This document shows, in pieces, positions 20,454-30,022 of a stretch of DNA of 64,000 nt. Origin of the DNA: an uncultured Acidobacteriota bacterium (GTDB lineage: Bacteria; Acidobacteriota; Thermoanaerobaculia; Multivoradales; JAHEKO01); contig CAVQNG010000025.1 in the NCBI GenBank assembly GCA_963713825.1, positions 320,001 to 384,000 on the forward strand, written 5' to 3'. How positions within the stretch are numbered: position 1 is the stretch's first letter; each line of letters opens with the position of its first letter. The position numbers and the translations under genes were made by a program. The notes under the pieces were generated by a model that was not told where the DNA came from, made no database searches, and saw nothing but the letters and a program-made list of their open reading frames with translations.

Positions 20454-22115
20454 ATGACTGGTAACGGCAAACGTATCGGAATCTTCGGTTGGGGCATCGT
20501 GGCTCCCAAATCCCCTGATGTCGCATCCTTCGAGAAGAACCTGATATCAGGTGAGACCTGGCTGGAGCCCTTCAACGGGTTCGGACCCGACAATTTCCTG
20601 GTCGGCAACCCGGAGTTCGATTTCGCTGCCTACAGGGAGTGGATCGATCAGCGGTTCGAACCCCGCAAGTTCGCGCAGCTCGACGCCAAAATGGGCAACA
20701 TGGTCAAGTACGCCATCGGTGCCTTCATCCAGTCGCTGGGTCAGAACCCGGGCATCGAGGAGAAGTTGCAAGAGCTCGGGGCCGAGACTCACATCTATGT
20801 CGGCACAGGGTTGGGCGACCTGGCTACCAACTTCAGGATCGGGCGAGACTACTTTCGGGCCCAGCGGCGGTGGAAGCGGTTCTGGTGTCAGGAGGAGCAC
20901 AATCCTCTATTGGCCGAGTTCCGCGCGGCAGGCCCGACCGAGCAGGAACGGATGAGGCGCGAGATGGGGGTGCCAGTCGATCCCGTGCAGCTCGGCAAGC
21001 AGGATGAGCACTACGAAGAAGCTGTCGATGACTGGCTGGATTTCTGGGTTCGCGAGTCGCCGAGCCTGCAGGACTATCTGAAGAGATTGCGCCAGATCGA
21101 GTCCGAAGGGATTGGCGAGGATATCGACAAGGGCAAGGGCTCGGTCATTCGCCATAAGGCCACGGCCCGCAGGAAGCTGAACGCGGAGTACGGGTGTCCT
21201 CTGGAGCCCTGGAACGCTGTCGAAGCCAACCTGCTGTGGAACATCCCGAACATTCCCGCCGCACAAATCTCCATGCTGGGGCGGATTTCAGGTCCGACCG
21301 TGGCTCCTGTCGCGGCCTGCTCGGGCTTCGGCACAGCGCTGAAGTTCGGCGTCAGCGCCATCCAGAACGGCGAAGCGAAGGCAGCGGTCATCGGCATGAC
21401 CGATCCAGAGCCACATCCTCTAACCGTGGGGTCCTTCTTTGCGGCCCGAGTGGTGTCCCAGGATGGGCAGGTTTCCAAGCCGTTCACAGGCATGCGCGGT
21501 ACTCATGTCTCCGGAGGCGCTTGTATCTGGATCATCGGCGACGCGGACTATTTTCGTGGGCTGGGGATGAAGACCGTCGGACTCGAAGTCCTCGGCGTGG
21601 CGATCAACTCGGATGCCGATCACATCATCACGCCTTCCCAGCAAGGGCCTCAGGCGGTCATTCAGCAGTCGCTGGCAGCTGCTGGTGTCGGGCCGGAAGA
21701 AGTGGCCACCTGGGACATGCACGCGACCGCCACACCTGGCGATTGGACTGAGCTGCAGAACATCCTCTCGGTCGTGCCAGGGGTTACCCGACTGACCGCA
21801 CGAAAGGGATCCTTTGGACACGGCATGTCGGTCTGCGGGGGCTGGGAGCTGACAGCCCAGCACCTCGGTTTCGCGCAGGGAATCCTGCATCCTGTGAATC
21901 TGGAGGAGGACGAGATCCATCCCCAGATTCGACCGCATCACGACGCTCTGGTGCGCCACGAACTGGCGGAGATGGAGGGTCGAGTCGCCGGCAAGCTCAA
22001 TATGGGGGTCGGCGGAGTCAACGCCTGTGTAGTCAGTCGACTCTGGGAGTCCGAGGAAGCCGCCGAAGGAGCCACCGAGTCGGATCTGGAGGAGGATCCT
22101 CCAGACCGTCCCTGA
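20454..22115 (+). CDS. Beta-ketoacyl synthase (FabF-like) with large insertion
   Basis: GWGIVAP, VAACSG (Cys), MHATAT (His), KGSFGHG (Lys/His), GVGGVNA. Confidence 0.85.
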   Translation: MTGNGKRIGIFGWGIVAPKSPDVASFEKNLISGETWLEPFNGFGPDNFLVGNPEFDFAAYREWIDQRFEPRKFAQLDAKMGNMVKYAIGAFIQSLGQNPGIEEKLQELGAETHIYVGTGLGDLATNFRIGRDYFRAQRRWKRFWCQEEHNPLLAEFRAAGPTEQERMRREMGVPVDPVQLGKQDEHYEEAVDDWLDFWVRESPSLQDYLKRLRQIESEGIGEDIDKGKGSVIRHKATARRKLNAEYGCPLEPWNAVEANLLWNIPNIPAAQISMLGRISGPTVAPVAACSGFGTALKFGVSAIQNGEAKAAVIGMTDPEPHPLTVGSFFAARVVSQDGQVSKPFTGMRGTHVSGGACIWIIGDADYFRGLGMKTVGLEVLGVAINSDADHIITPSQQGPQAVIQQSLAAAGVGPEEVATWDMHATATPGDWTELQNILSVVPGVTRLTARKGSFGHGMSVCGGWELTAQHLGFAQGILHPVNLEEDEIHPQIRPHHDALVRHELAEMEGRVAGKLNMGVGGVNACVVSRLWESEEAAEGATESDLEEDPPDRP

Positions 22116-22162
22116 TCAGCTCGAGATTCTTCTGCGATTCCCTCTTACTGTCCTCTCAGCGA

Positions 22163-22999
22163 TCAGATCGTCGGGGCTGGAGCCTCCGGAATGTCGGGGC
22201 GGCGTTCGATACCCTCGGGTTTCTCCACTAGCCCGGCCGGCGACCGCTTCTTTCTCAGCCCCAGAGCATCGCCAACCAGCTGCCGTTTCATCAACTGGAT
22301 GGCCTTGGCAGGATCGACTCCCTTCGGGCACACTCGCGAGCACTCACCGGCGAAATGGCAGCGCCAGGGACCGGCTTCGCCGGCCAGGACTTCCTTGCGT
22401 ACTTCGAAGCCGTCATCTCTGGTATCGCTGTTGTAGCGTTGCGCCTGGGCTAGAGCCACGGGTCCCGAGTAGACCGGGTCGGTGGCGCAGGTGGGGCAGG
22501 CGGCCATGCAGCAGGCGCACTTGATGCAGTAGGAGAACTGAAGGTAGGTCTCCATCTCCTCGGCCGATTGGTAGTACTCCCGGGTCGGCTCTTCCTGTTC
22601 GGTGGTGTCGGAGCGGATGATGTAAGGCGACAGGGCCGTGTGGGCGTCGAAGAGCGGTCGCAGATCCGGGACCAGGTCGCGGACGATCGGGAAATTGGCC
22701 AGCGGAGCCACGGTCACGACGGCAGTTCCCAGCTCGGAGATCTGGGTGTTGCACCCCAATCCTGCCTTGCCGTTGATCAGCATGCCGCAGGATCCACAGA
22801 CTCCCATGCGGCACGATGCCCGCCATGCCAGAGTTGGATCGCTGGTCTCCTTGACCTTCCACAGTCCGTCGAGGACGGTCATGCCGGCCTCGTAGGCGAT
22901 CGGGTACTCCTTCCAAACCGGCTCTTTGTCACGGCCGGGTGCGAAACGACGGATCCGAAAGACGATCTGCTCGGGTAGGTTGCCGTTGCTCATCGCCAT
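22163..22999 (-). CDS. sdhB: Succinate dehydrogenase/fumarate reductase Fe-S subunit
   Basis: SCRMGVCGSC, CIKCACCMAACP, CHFAGECSRVCP. Confidence 0.95.
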   Translation of the reverse strand: MAMSNGNLPEQIVFRIRRFAPGRDKEPVWKEYPIAYEAGMTVLDGLWKVKETSDPTLAWRASCRMGVCGSCGMLINGKAGLGCNTQISELGTAVVTVAPLANFPIVRDLVPDLRPLFDAHTALSPYIIRSDTTEQEEPTREYYQSAEEMETYLQFSYCIKCACCMAACPTCATDPVYSGPVALAQAQRYNSDTRDDGFEVRKEVLAGEAGPWRCHFAGECSRVCPKGVDPAKAIQLMKRQLVGDALGLRKKRSPAGLVEKPEGIERRPDIPEAPAPTI

Positions 23000-23002
23000 C
23001 CC

Positions 23003-23377
23003 CTAGGTCAGAGAAGCTACCTGGTGGCCGACCCAAGCGGCCCAGGTGCCGAAAATGAAGAGACCGACACCGACCAGGATGAGAACCCAACTGAGGGCCT
23101 TCTTCAAGGGCGGGGCGGGATCGAGTTCGAAGAGAATGTTCCGCAGCCCGTAGAGGCCATGAAAGAGAGCCGCTCCGAGCAGTAAGACATAGGTCAGGGT
23201 AAAGGCCATGCTCTGACCCCGAGCCACGACGTTGGCCCAATCGATCGGATGACCACCCGCTGGATTGAAGATCCCCAGCAGGGCATCCAGATGCATGATT
23301 GCCATGTGCAGCCCGAGAAGGAACAGGATGATCGCACCGGCTGCCAAGTGCCATGTCCACAGCTTTTGGTCACGCAT
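23003..23377 (-). CDS. sdhD: Succinate dehydrogenase membrane anchor subunit
   Basis: 3 TM segments, GLHM and FHGLYGLRNI; operon context. Confidence 0.85.
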   Translation of the reverse strand: MRDQKLWTWHLAAGAIILFLLGLHMAIMHLDALLGIFNPAGGHPIDWANVVARGQSMAFTLTYVLLLGAALFHGLYGLRNILFELDPAPPLKKALSWVLILVGVGLFIFGTWAAWVGHQVASLT

Positions 23378-23397
23378 TGCTGATCACTCCCTTTGGC

Positions 23398-23835
23398 CTA
23401 GTGCCAGACGAAGAAGTCCAGGGCTCCGACCACGACGAGTGCGGCGATCAGCAGCAGCGCGCCAAGCGCCCAGGGTCGTTGGTCGTCGAGACAGGTGCGG
23501 TACGGGTAGATGGGCTCGATCGGTTTGCCGATTCCCCAGCCGAGCTCGGCAAAGAACAGCCTCATGCCGTTGATGGCGTGAAAGGCGAAAGCGACGAACA
23601 CCAGGTACTCACCGAGCACGAACAGTGGGCCGCTGACCCTCGCCATGCTTGCCTCCCAGGCTCCTTCGCTGACAGCCCTCGAGGAGGTCACGACAATGTG
23701 CACGAGAAAATAGAACAGCAGTCCCAGACCCGTGACTCGGTGCAGGGTGTAGAGGTACCGATCCGGTCCCCAGCTACCGCCCCCGACCCAGCCCCAGACG
23801 CCAAGCCGATTGGGATGACCTCGGTCTTTCTCCAT
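23398..23835 (-). CDS. sdhC: Succinate dehydrogenase cytochrome b subunit
   Basis: LHRVTG, LVHI, FHAINGMR; 3 TM segments. Confidence 0.88.
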   Translation of the reverse strand: MEKDRGHPNRLGVWGWVGGGSWGPDRYLYTLHRVTGLGLLFYFLVHIVVTSSRAVSEGAWEASMARVSGPLFVLGEYLVFVAFAFHAINGMRLFFAELGWGIGKPIEPIYPYRTCLDDQRPWALGALLLIAALVVVGALDFFVWH

Positions 23836-23849
23836 TTCTCCACCTCTCT

Positions 23850-25565
23850 TCAGTACTTGCGTTCCACCGGTTTCCAGGTGGTTGTGGTCACTGGCTTGTA
23901 GTCCAAACGTGGACCACTGTCAGTGCGCCAGGCGAGCGTGTGTCGCATCCAAGTCTCATCGTCACGATCGACGAAATCGCGACGTGAGTGGGCGCCTCTG
24001 GACTCCTCTCGGGTCAGAGCACCAAAAACGGTTACTTCTGCGAGGTCCAACAGGTTCTCCAACTCCAAAGCGTGGAAGAGGTTGGAGTTGTAGACGCGGC
24101 TCTTGTCGGCCACCGGCGCTCGAGTCGAGCGGTCCTTGATCTCACGAATGATCTCCAAGGCCTTGGCGAGGCCCTCACCCGTGCGGTAGACGCCGGCGTA
24201 CTGATCCATGGTGCTGCGCAGCTCCTGCCGCAATCGGTAGAGGTTCTGATCTCCCTTTCGATCCAGCAGCTCATCGATGTGGCCCTTGCTGACTGCCAAC
24301 TGCTCACTGCTCAGAGAGGCCGGCTTTGGCAGCTCTCCGAGTCGGTCGGCGATCTCGCCGCCGGCGATTCCACCCCAGACCAGGCACTCGGCCGTGGAGT
24401 TGGAACCCAAGCGGTTGGCCCCGTGAAGCGAAACGCAAGCTGCCTCGCCCGCGGCCCAGATCGCCGGACAGCGGGTCGCGCCGTCGATATCGGTCTCGAT
24501 GCCCCCCATCGAGTAGTGCGCCACCGGTCGGATGGGGATGGGGTTGTCGATCGGATCGATGCCGACGAACTTCATGCAGACCTCGCGGATCAGCGGCAGT
24601 CGCGTGTTGATCCGATCGGCTCCGAGATGGGTCAGGTCGAGGTGGAGATAGTCGAGGCCGTCAGGGCCCTTGAAACCTCTTCCCTCGAGAATCTCCGTCG
24701 TCTCGGCGCGGGAGATCACGTCGCGGGGGCCGAGCTCCATCTTCTCTGGGGCGTAGCGCTCCAGGAACCGCTCACCCTCTGCGTTGCGCAGGTAGCCACC
24801 TTCACCGCGGCACCCCTCGGTCATGAGGATTCCCGAAGGAATGAGACCGGTGGGGTGGAATTGCAGAAACTCCATGTCTTCCAGGGGTAGGCCGGCGCGA
24901 TAGGCCATGGCCAAACCGTCGCCAGTGACGCTCTGCGAGTAGGTCGTGAATCCGAACAGGGTTCCGGCTCCGCCCGCGGCGATCAGCAGTGCCTTGCCCT
25001 GCAGGGTCACCAGGTCGCCGGTGGCGGCATGGATTCCGGCCAGACCGGCGAAATCATCGCCCTCCATCAGGATGTCGCTGACGAAGAACTCGTCGTAGCG
25101 AGTGAAGTTGTCGTACTTCAGCAGCGTGTCGTACAGCGTCTGCATCTCGAAAAAGCCGGTCTTGTCGGCGGCGAGCGTGGCGCGAGGGTAGGAGTGTCCG
25201 CCGAAAGGTCTCTGCTCGATGCGGCCGTGCTCATCACGCGTCCAAGGTATTCCCCAATGATCGAGGAGGAAGATCTCCTTGGGTGACGCGTTGACGAAGC
25301 GGTAGACGACATCCTGGTCGGCCAGGAAATCGGCTCCCTTGACGGTGTCCCAGGCGTGCAGGTCGATCGAGTCGCCTTCATCGGTACGGAGCATCGCCGC
25401 CGTACCGCCCTCGGCGCAGACCGAGTGGGCGCGCATGAGCTGCACTTTCGAGACGATGCCAATGTCGGCCTTGCCATCGGTGCGCTGCGCGATTTCCACG
25501 GCGGCGCGTAGTCCGGCGAGGCCAGCTCCCAAGATCAAGACATCGTGGCCAAGGTTCTGATCCAT
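23850..25565 (-). CDS. sdhA: Succinate dehydrogenase/fumarate reductase flavoprotein
   Basis: GAGLAG, RAHSVCAEGG, QFHPTG, EGCRGEGG, HYSMGG, HGANRLGSNS, ESRGAH; AGGAG RBS before 25565. Confidence 0.96.
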   Translation of the reverse strand: MDQNLGHDVLILGAGLAGLRAAVEIAQRTDGKADIGIVSKVQLMRAHSVCAEGGTAAMLRTDEGDSIDLHAWDTVKGADFLADQDVVYRFVNASPKEIFLLDHWGIPWTRDEHGRIEQRPFGGHSYPRATLAADKTGFFEMQTLYDTLLKYDNFTRYDEFFVSDILMEGDDFAGLAGIHAATGDLVTLQGKALLIAAGGAGTLFGFTTYSQSVTGDGLAMAYRAGLPLEDMEFLQFHPTGLIPSGILMTEGCRGEGGYLRNAEGERFLERYAPEKMELGPRDVISRAETTEILEGRGFKGPDGLDYLHLDLTHLGADRINTRLPLIREVCMKFVGIDPIDNPIPIRPVAHYSMGGIETDIDGATRCPAIWAAGEAACVSLHGANRLGSNSTAECLVWGGIAGGEIADRLGELPKPASLSSEQLAVSKGHIDELLDRKGDQNLYRLRQELRSTMDQYAGVYRTGEGLAKALEIIREIKDRSTRAPVADKSRVYNSNLFHALELENLLDLAEVTVFGALTREESRGAHSRRDFVDRDDETWMRHTLAWRTDSGPRLDYKPVTTTTWKPVERKY

Positions 25566-25839
25566 TAGCCATCTCCTAATAAGACGCGGTGGGAAAGATG
25601 GGTTGGACAGCTCCCAACCCGCCCTAATCGGGCACGCACCACTGTAGGCGGGAAGACCCCTTCTTTGCACCACTCGAAAGGGCGGATCACCTGGCTACTC
25701 AAGGGGGTGGGATGGGGGGGCTGGTAGGGTGGTTTCGAATGGGAAGAATGAGGGGCTGTAACCCAAGAACTACGAGCTCTGACTCGCGTAATGAGGAAGG
25801 AGAGCTCTTGACGACGCTCTCAGAATTGGAGGTAGTGCC

Positions 25840-27687
25840 GTGCGTAAGATCCTCGAGACCTTGAATGAGGCGTTCACCTGGCTATGGCGCCTCCTCGATC
25901 AGGCACGCAGACTGGTCGTCAATCTCTTGTTTCTCGTTCTTGTAGTCGTTTTGATGTCGTGGCTGTTGGCTAGTGACAAGCCGGAAGTCCCAGACAGCAC
26001 GGCCCTGGTTGTCGATCCGGTGGGCGCCATCGTGGAGCAGCTTTATGGCACTCCCGATGAAAGAGCGCTCTTGAGGCTGCTGGGTCGGAATCGGCCTGAG
26101 AGTCTGGTGCGGAGCCTGCGCGAGGCCATCCAAGAGGCGGCAGGGGACGATCGGGTCCAAGCCCTGCACCTGGATCTGAATGGGCTCGGTGGAGCAGGTC
26201 TCAGCACGCTCCAGACACTTCGACAGGAGATCGAGGAGTTCAAGGCGACGGGGAAACCGGTGCTCGCGGCAGCCGATGCCTATTCGCAATCTCGCTACTT
26301 TCTGGCGGCTTCGGCAGACGAGATCATGGTTCACCCCATGGGCGTGGTCTGGCTTCCCGGGTTCAGTTCCTACCGCAACTACTACAAGGATGCGCTCGAC
26401 CGGCTCGCAGTGGATTGGAACGTCTTTCGGGTCGGCGAGTACAAATCGGCGGTCGAGCCGTTCCTGCGCAGCGGCATGTCCCCCGAGGCCCGGCAGAATC
26501 GGAAACAGTGGCTCGAGGGACTTTGGGGCGTGTACCGGGCAGAGGTCGCCGCGGCGAGAGGTCTGTCCCCCGAGGCGATCGCCGCCTACTCGGAGAATTA
26601 TCATCGTAAGCTGGAGGCGCATTCGGGGCGGGCCGCTGTGGTCGCCGAGGCAGAAGGCCTGGTGGACCGTGTCATCAATCGCGACGAAGTCGAGGACAGG
26701 TTGATAGAGTTGGTAGGCGAGAACGAGGACACCCGCTCCTACTACCGCATCGACTACTTGACCTATCTCGAGGCCATCGACAGACCGCAGGTGAAGAGCG
26801 ACAACGTGGTGGCCGTCGTGGTGGCAAAGGGAGCGATCTACAACGGCAGTCGGCCTCCGGGTAGCGTGGGCGGCGATTCCACCGCCGAGCTGATCCGACG
26901 AGCGAGGAACAGCGCTGAGGTCAAGGCACTCGTCCTGCGTGTCGATAGTCCCGGTGGCAGCTCATTCGCCTCCGAGATCATTCGGCGGGAGGTCGAATTG
27001 ACGCGTCAGTCCGGCAAGCCAGTCGTCGTATCGATGGCTTCCGTGGCGGCCTCTGGAGGGTACTGGATCGCCATGTCGGCGGATCAGATCTGGGCTCAGC
27101 CGACAACGATTACCGGTTCGATCGGAATCTACGCGATGGCACCGACCTTCCAGCGCACACTCGGCAAGCTTGGCATCCAAAATGATGGGCTCGGCACCGG
27201 TCCCTTCGCCGGCACTCTTCGACCCGATCGAGCCTTACCCGAAGAGGCCGTGGAAGCCTTGCAGCTGGGTATCGAGGCCGGCTACCGAGAGTTCATCGGT
27301 CGGGTCGCAGAAGAGCGCGGCATGACAGTCGACGAAGTCGACCAGGTGGCTCAGGGGCAGGTCTGGACAGGTGCCGAGGCCCGACGCCTCGGTTTGGTAG
27401 ACGAACTGGGTGAGCTGAGTGCAGCGCTGGAAGCGGCCGCCGAGAGCGCAGGAGTTCTTGACGACTATCGGGTGACCTATGTCGAGCAGGAGGTCGGGAC
27501 GACCTCCAAGGTGGTGACGGCCTTGCTCGAAGGGAGTGCGGCTCGTTTGGGTCGTTGGCCTTTTTCACGTCTCCCAATGGCAGATCGTTGGCTCGGACTC
27601 GAATCCATGCTCGACGACATGACTCGATTGAGCGACTTCAACGATCCTGGTGGCCTGTATGCCTACTGCTTCTGCGAAACCGAATGA
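25840..27687 (+). CDS. sppA: Signal peptide peptidase SppA (67 kDa type)
   Basis: GEYKSAVEP, RVDSPGGS, AASGGYW, TGSIG. Confidence 0.95.
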   Translation: MRKILETLNEAFTWLWRLLDQARRLVVNLLFLVLVVVLMSWLLASDKPEVPDSTALVVDPVGAIVEQLYGTPDERALLRLLGRNRPESLVRSLREAIQEAAGDDRVQALHLDLNGLGGAGLSTLQTLRQEIEEFKATGKPVLAAADAYSQSRYFLAASADEIMVHPMGVVWLPGFSSYRNYYKDALDRLAVDWNVFRVGEYKSAVEPFLRSGMSPEARQNRKQWLEGLWGVYRAEVAAARGLSPEAIAAYSENYHRKLEAHSGRAAVVAEAEGLVDRVINRDEVEDRLIELVGENEDTRSYYRIDYLTYLEAIDRPQVKSDNVVAVVVAKGAIYNGSRPPGSVGGDSTAELIRRARNSAEVKALVLRVDSPGGSSFASEIIRREVELTRQSGKPVVVSMASVAASGGYWIAMSADQIWAQPTTITGSIGIYAMAPTFQRTLGKLGIQNDGLGTGPFAGTLRPDRALPEEAVEALQLGIEAGYREFIGRVAEERGMTVDEVDQVAQGQVWTGAEARRLGLVDELGELSAALEAAAESAGVLDDYRVTYVEQEVGTTSKVVTALLEGSAARLGRWPFSRLPMADRWLGLESMLDDMTRLSDFNDPGGLYAYCFCETE

Positions 27688-27790
27688 GGGTCGGTAGGCG
27701 GCGGATTTCTTCTATGATTCGGAAGACCGCTACGGCTCCGAGGTGGGGCACGGATGTCCGCTCCTGGAGCGCATGGGCAAGGCCAGGTCT

Positions 27791-28702
27791 ATGTCCGCCA
27801 AGAAAGTCACCAAATCGGCTCCTGTCCAGGCAGCTGTTCTCAAGGCCTTGATCCGGGGTTTCGCCATTCTGCCCCTGAATTGGGCGCAGTCTCTCGGCGC
27901 GATCGTCGGTTGGTTGATCTGGCGGATTCCGAATCGCCTCAGCCGGACGACGGACAGCAATCTCTCTCTCTGTCTGCCTGAGCTCTCGGCCGAGAAGCGT
28001 CGACAGCTGGCGAGGAGCAGCCTCATCGGCACTGGCAAGACCGTATCCGAAGTCGGGGCAGTGTGGTTCTGGAGCACGGACAAGTTGCTCGGCCGTATCG
28101 AGCGAGTCGAAGGTGAGGAACACCTGCTGCACGCGATCGGGTCGAAGAGGGGAACCGTGGTACTCGTTCCTCATCTCGGTAACTGGGAGATCCTGAGTCG
28201 GTATCTACAGGTCAAGGTCCCGGTGCTGGCGCTCTACCGTCCGCCGCGGATCGTCGAGATGGACAGCTTCATCCGCCAGGCCAGGGAGCGTCACGGAGCC
28301 GAGCTCGTGCCGGCCGATCGGACAGGGATGCGCCGTATCGTCGAAGCCCTCGCTGCCGGGGAGGGATTCGGGGTCCTACCCGATCAGGAGCCCTTGAAAA
28401 AGCATGGTGTTTTCGCCCCCTTCTTCGGTACTCCCGCCTTGACCATGACCCTGGTGGCCCGTCTGACGCGAAAATACGGCGCAGTCACTCTGTTTGGATA
28501 TTCCGAACGAACTGCCAGGGGTGGCTTCCGCCTGCGGTTCCTTCCTGGGCCCGAAGGACTGGACAGCGAGGATCTCGAGTTTGCGGCCACGCAGCTGAAT
28601 CGGGGGGTGGAGGAGTGTGTCCGCCGTTGTCCCGAGCAGTACATCTGGAGCTATCGACGCTTTCGCACGCGGCCAGCGAGCGCGGCTCGGCAGGGTCACT
28701 GA
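27791..28702 (+). CDS. Lipid A biosynthesis lauroyl/myristoyl acyltransferase (LpxL/HtrB family)
   Basis: PHLGNWE, LPDQ, APFFG, PEQYIWSYRRF. Confidence 0.9.
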   Translation: MSAKKVTKSAPVQAAVLKALIRGFAILPLNWAQSLGAIVGWLIWRIPNRLSRTTDSNLSLCLPELSAEKRRQLARSSLIGTGKTVSEVGAVWFWSTDKLLGRIERVEGEEHLLHAIGSKRGTVVLVPHLGNWEILSRYLQVKVPVLALYRPPRIVEMDSFIRQARERHGAELVPADRTGMRRIVEALAAGEGFGVLPDQEPLKKHGVFAPFFGTPALTMTLVARLTRKYGAVTLFGYSERTARGGFRLRFLPGPEGLDSEDLEFAATQLNRGVEECVRRCPEQYIWSYRRFRTRPASAARQGH

Positions 28703-29862
28703 CGCAGAGAGCGGGAATCCACGGTGATGCTGAAGGGCCGCTGCTCGGCGGAGTCTCGGCGCAGCAACAGGGCACGGCGCTTCTCGATGTTCTCGAGCCA
28801 GATGGGAACGAACACCCAGAGGTCGCTGATTCTGCGATCCAGGTCGTTCAGCAGCGAAACCAGTCGGCGACTCAATACGGCGTGGACTGTGATCAGATCT
28901 TGCAGGTTTTGCTCTCTGAGCGACCGATCGTCTCCCGCCTCACGCTTCAGCTGATTGACGGTTCGACGTCCGAGCTCGACGATCTCGATCACCATCTTCG
29001 CCTTGGTGGGAATCTCCACCGCGTAGTCGTCGAGGATCTCCAACTCGTCGAAACGGATGCCCCGGAGCGCCAGGATCTCGTTCAGTCGCGGCGACAGGTC
29101 ATTGATGAGGGAGACCAGGAACTCCATCAGCTCGAGCCAGAAATTTCCGAATGGCAGTGTCAACTCTCGACGGATCGTCTCGGAGACCGAGGTGAGCCGA
29201 GGATAGCGGGAGCCCTCGAGGCCTCGAAGGTACTTCTGCAGCCCCTTGACCGAAGCGAACAGCCATTCCGCCTCTTCGATATCGCGAGGAAAGCGTCGAG
29301 ACAGGAAGTAGTCGGCGTCTCGATCGCTACGGGGGTCGGCCGCGAGCAGCTCACTGAAGGTGTCTTGAAGGAAGGCATGGAGCTTGCCGATCGACACACA
29401 GAGGAACTTCCGTGCCTCGAGCATGCGATCGTTGGGAAGATCTCGTGGAAACTGCTCCAGCTCTGCCAGGACCGTGTCTTCGAGCATTTCGAGAGAGCGG
29501 ACGACGCTCTGCCGAGCTTCTTCGAGATGGGGGACGATCGAGGGATACTCGAGCAGCGAGGCTAGTTGAGTTCGAATCAGCTGAGAGACCCGCCGCACCT
29601 GTCGCCAGATCAGATGCAGCCGTGCCGGCGAGCAATGGAGCAACGCATAGTTGCTCTCGAGAACTTCCTCCAAGAGCTTTATACAGCCCAACAGGGAACG
29701 AATCCGCGGGTTCTGCCAGCGATACTTCTCCAGGTTCCAGTCGGCGAGTGTGACCCCGTTGGGCAAGACGACGCGTTGGTCACCTACCTGGATCATTTGC
29801 TGCGGCTTGGTCATTGTCTGCAGAATCCGATTACGCCCTTGGATGGCCATGACGTCCGACAT
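28696..29862 (-). CDS. Hypothetical protein (388 aa, predicted helical, cytoplasmic)
   Basis: Long ORF with protein-like composition and GGAG RBS; fills the gap; no motif recognised. Confidence 0.75.
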   Translation of the reverse strand: MSDVMAIQGRNRILQTMTKPQQMIQVGDQRVVLPNGVTLADWNLEKYRWQNPRIRSLLGCIKLLEEVLESNYALLHCSPARLHLIWRQVRRVSQLIRTQLASLLEYPSIVPHLEEARQSVVRSLEMLEDTVLAELEQFPRDLPNDRMLEARKFLCVSIGKLHAFLQDTFSELLAADPRSDRDADYFLSRRFPRDIEEAEWLFASVKGLQKYLRGLEGSRYPRLTSVSETIRRELTLPFGNFWLELMEFLVSLINDLSPRLNEILALRGIRFDELEILDDYAVEIPTKAKMVIEIVELGRRTVNQLKREAGDDRSLREQNLQDLITVHAVLSRRLVSLLNDLDRRISDLWVFVPIWLENIEKRRALLLRRDSAEQRPFSITVDSRSLRQ

Positions 29863-30022
29863 ACCACTCCGTCCTGGGGATCATCGCCCGTTTTGCCTGG
29901 CATGGCATCGGAATTTGTTACACCCCCTTTTTCGAGGCTGGACTGGTACCATCGCGGCTTGGGCCGTCCAATGGCTCGGAGCCAGGGCAACCTTCCTGCC
30001 CTGTAGTCCGTAGGCTTCTACG

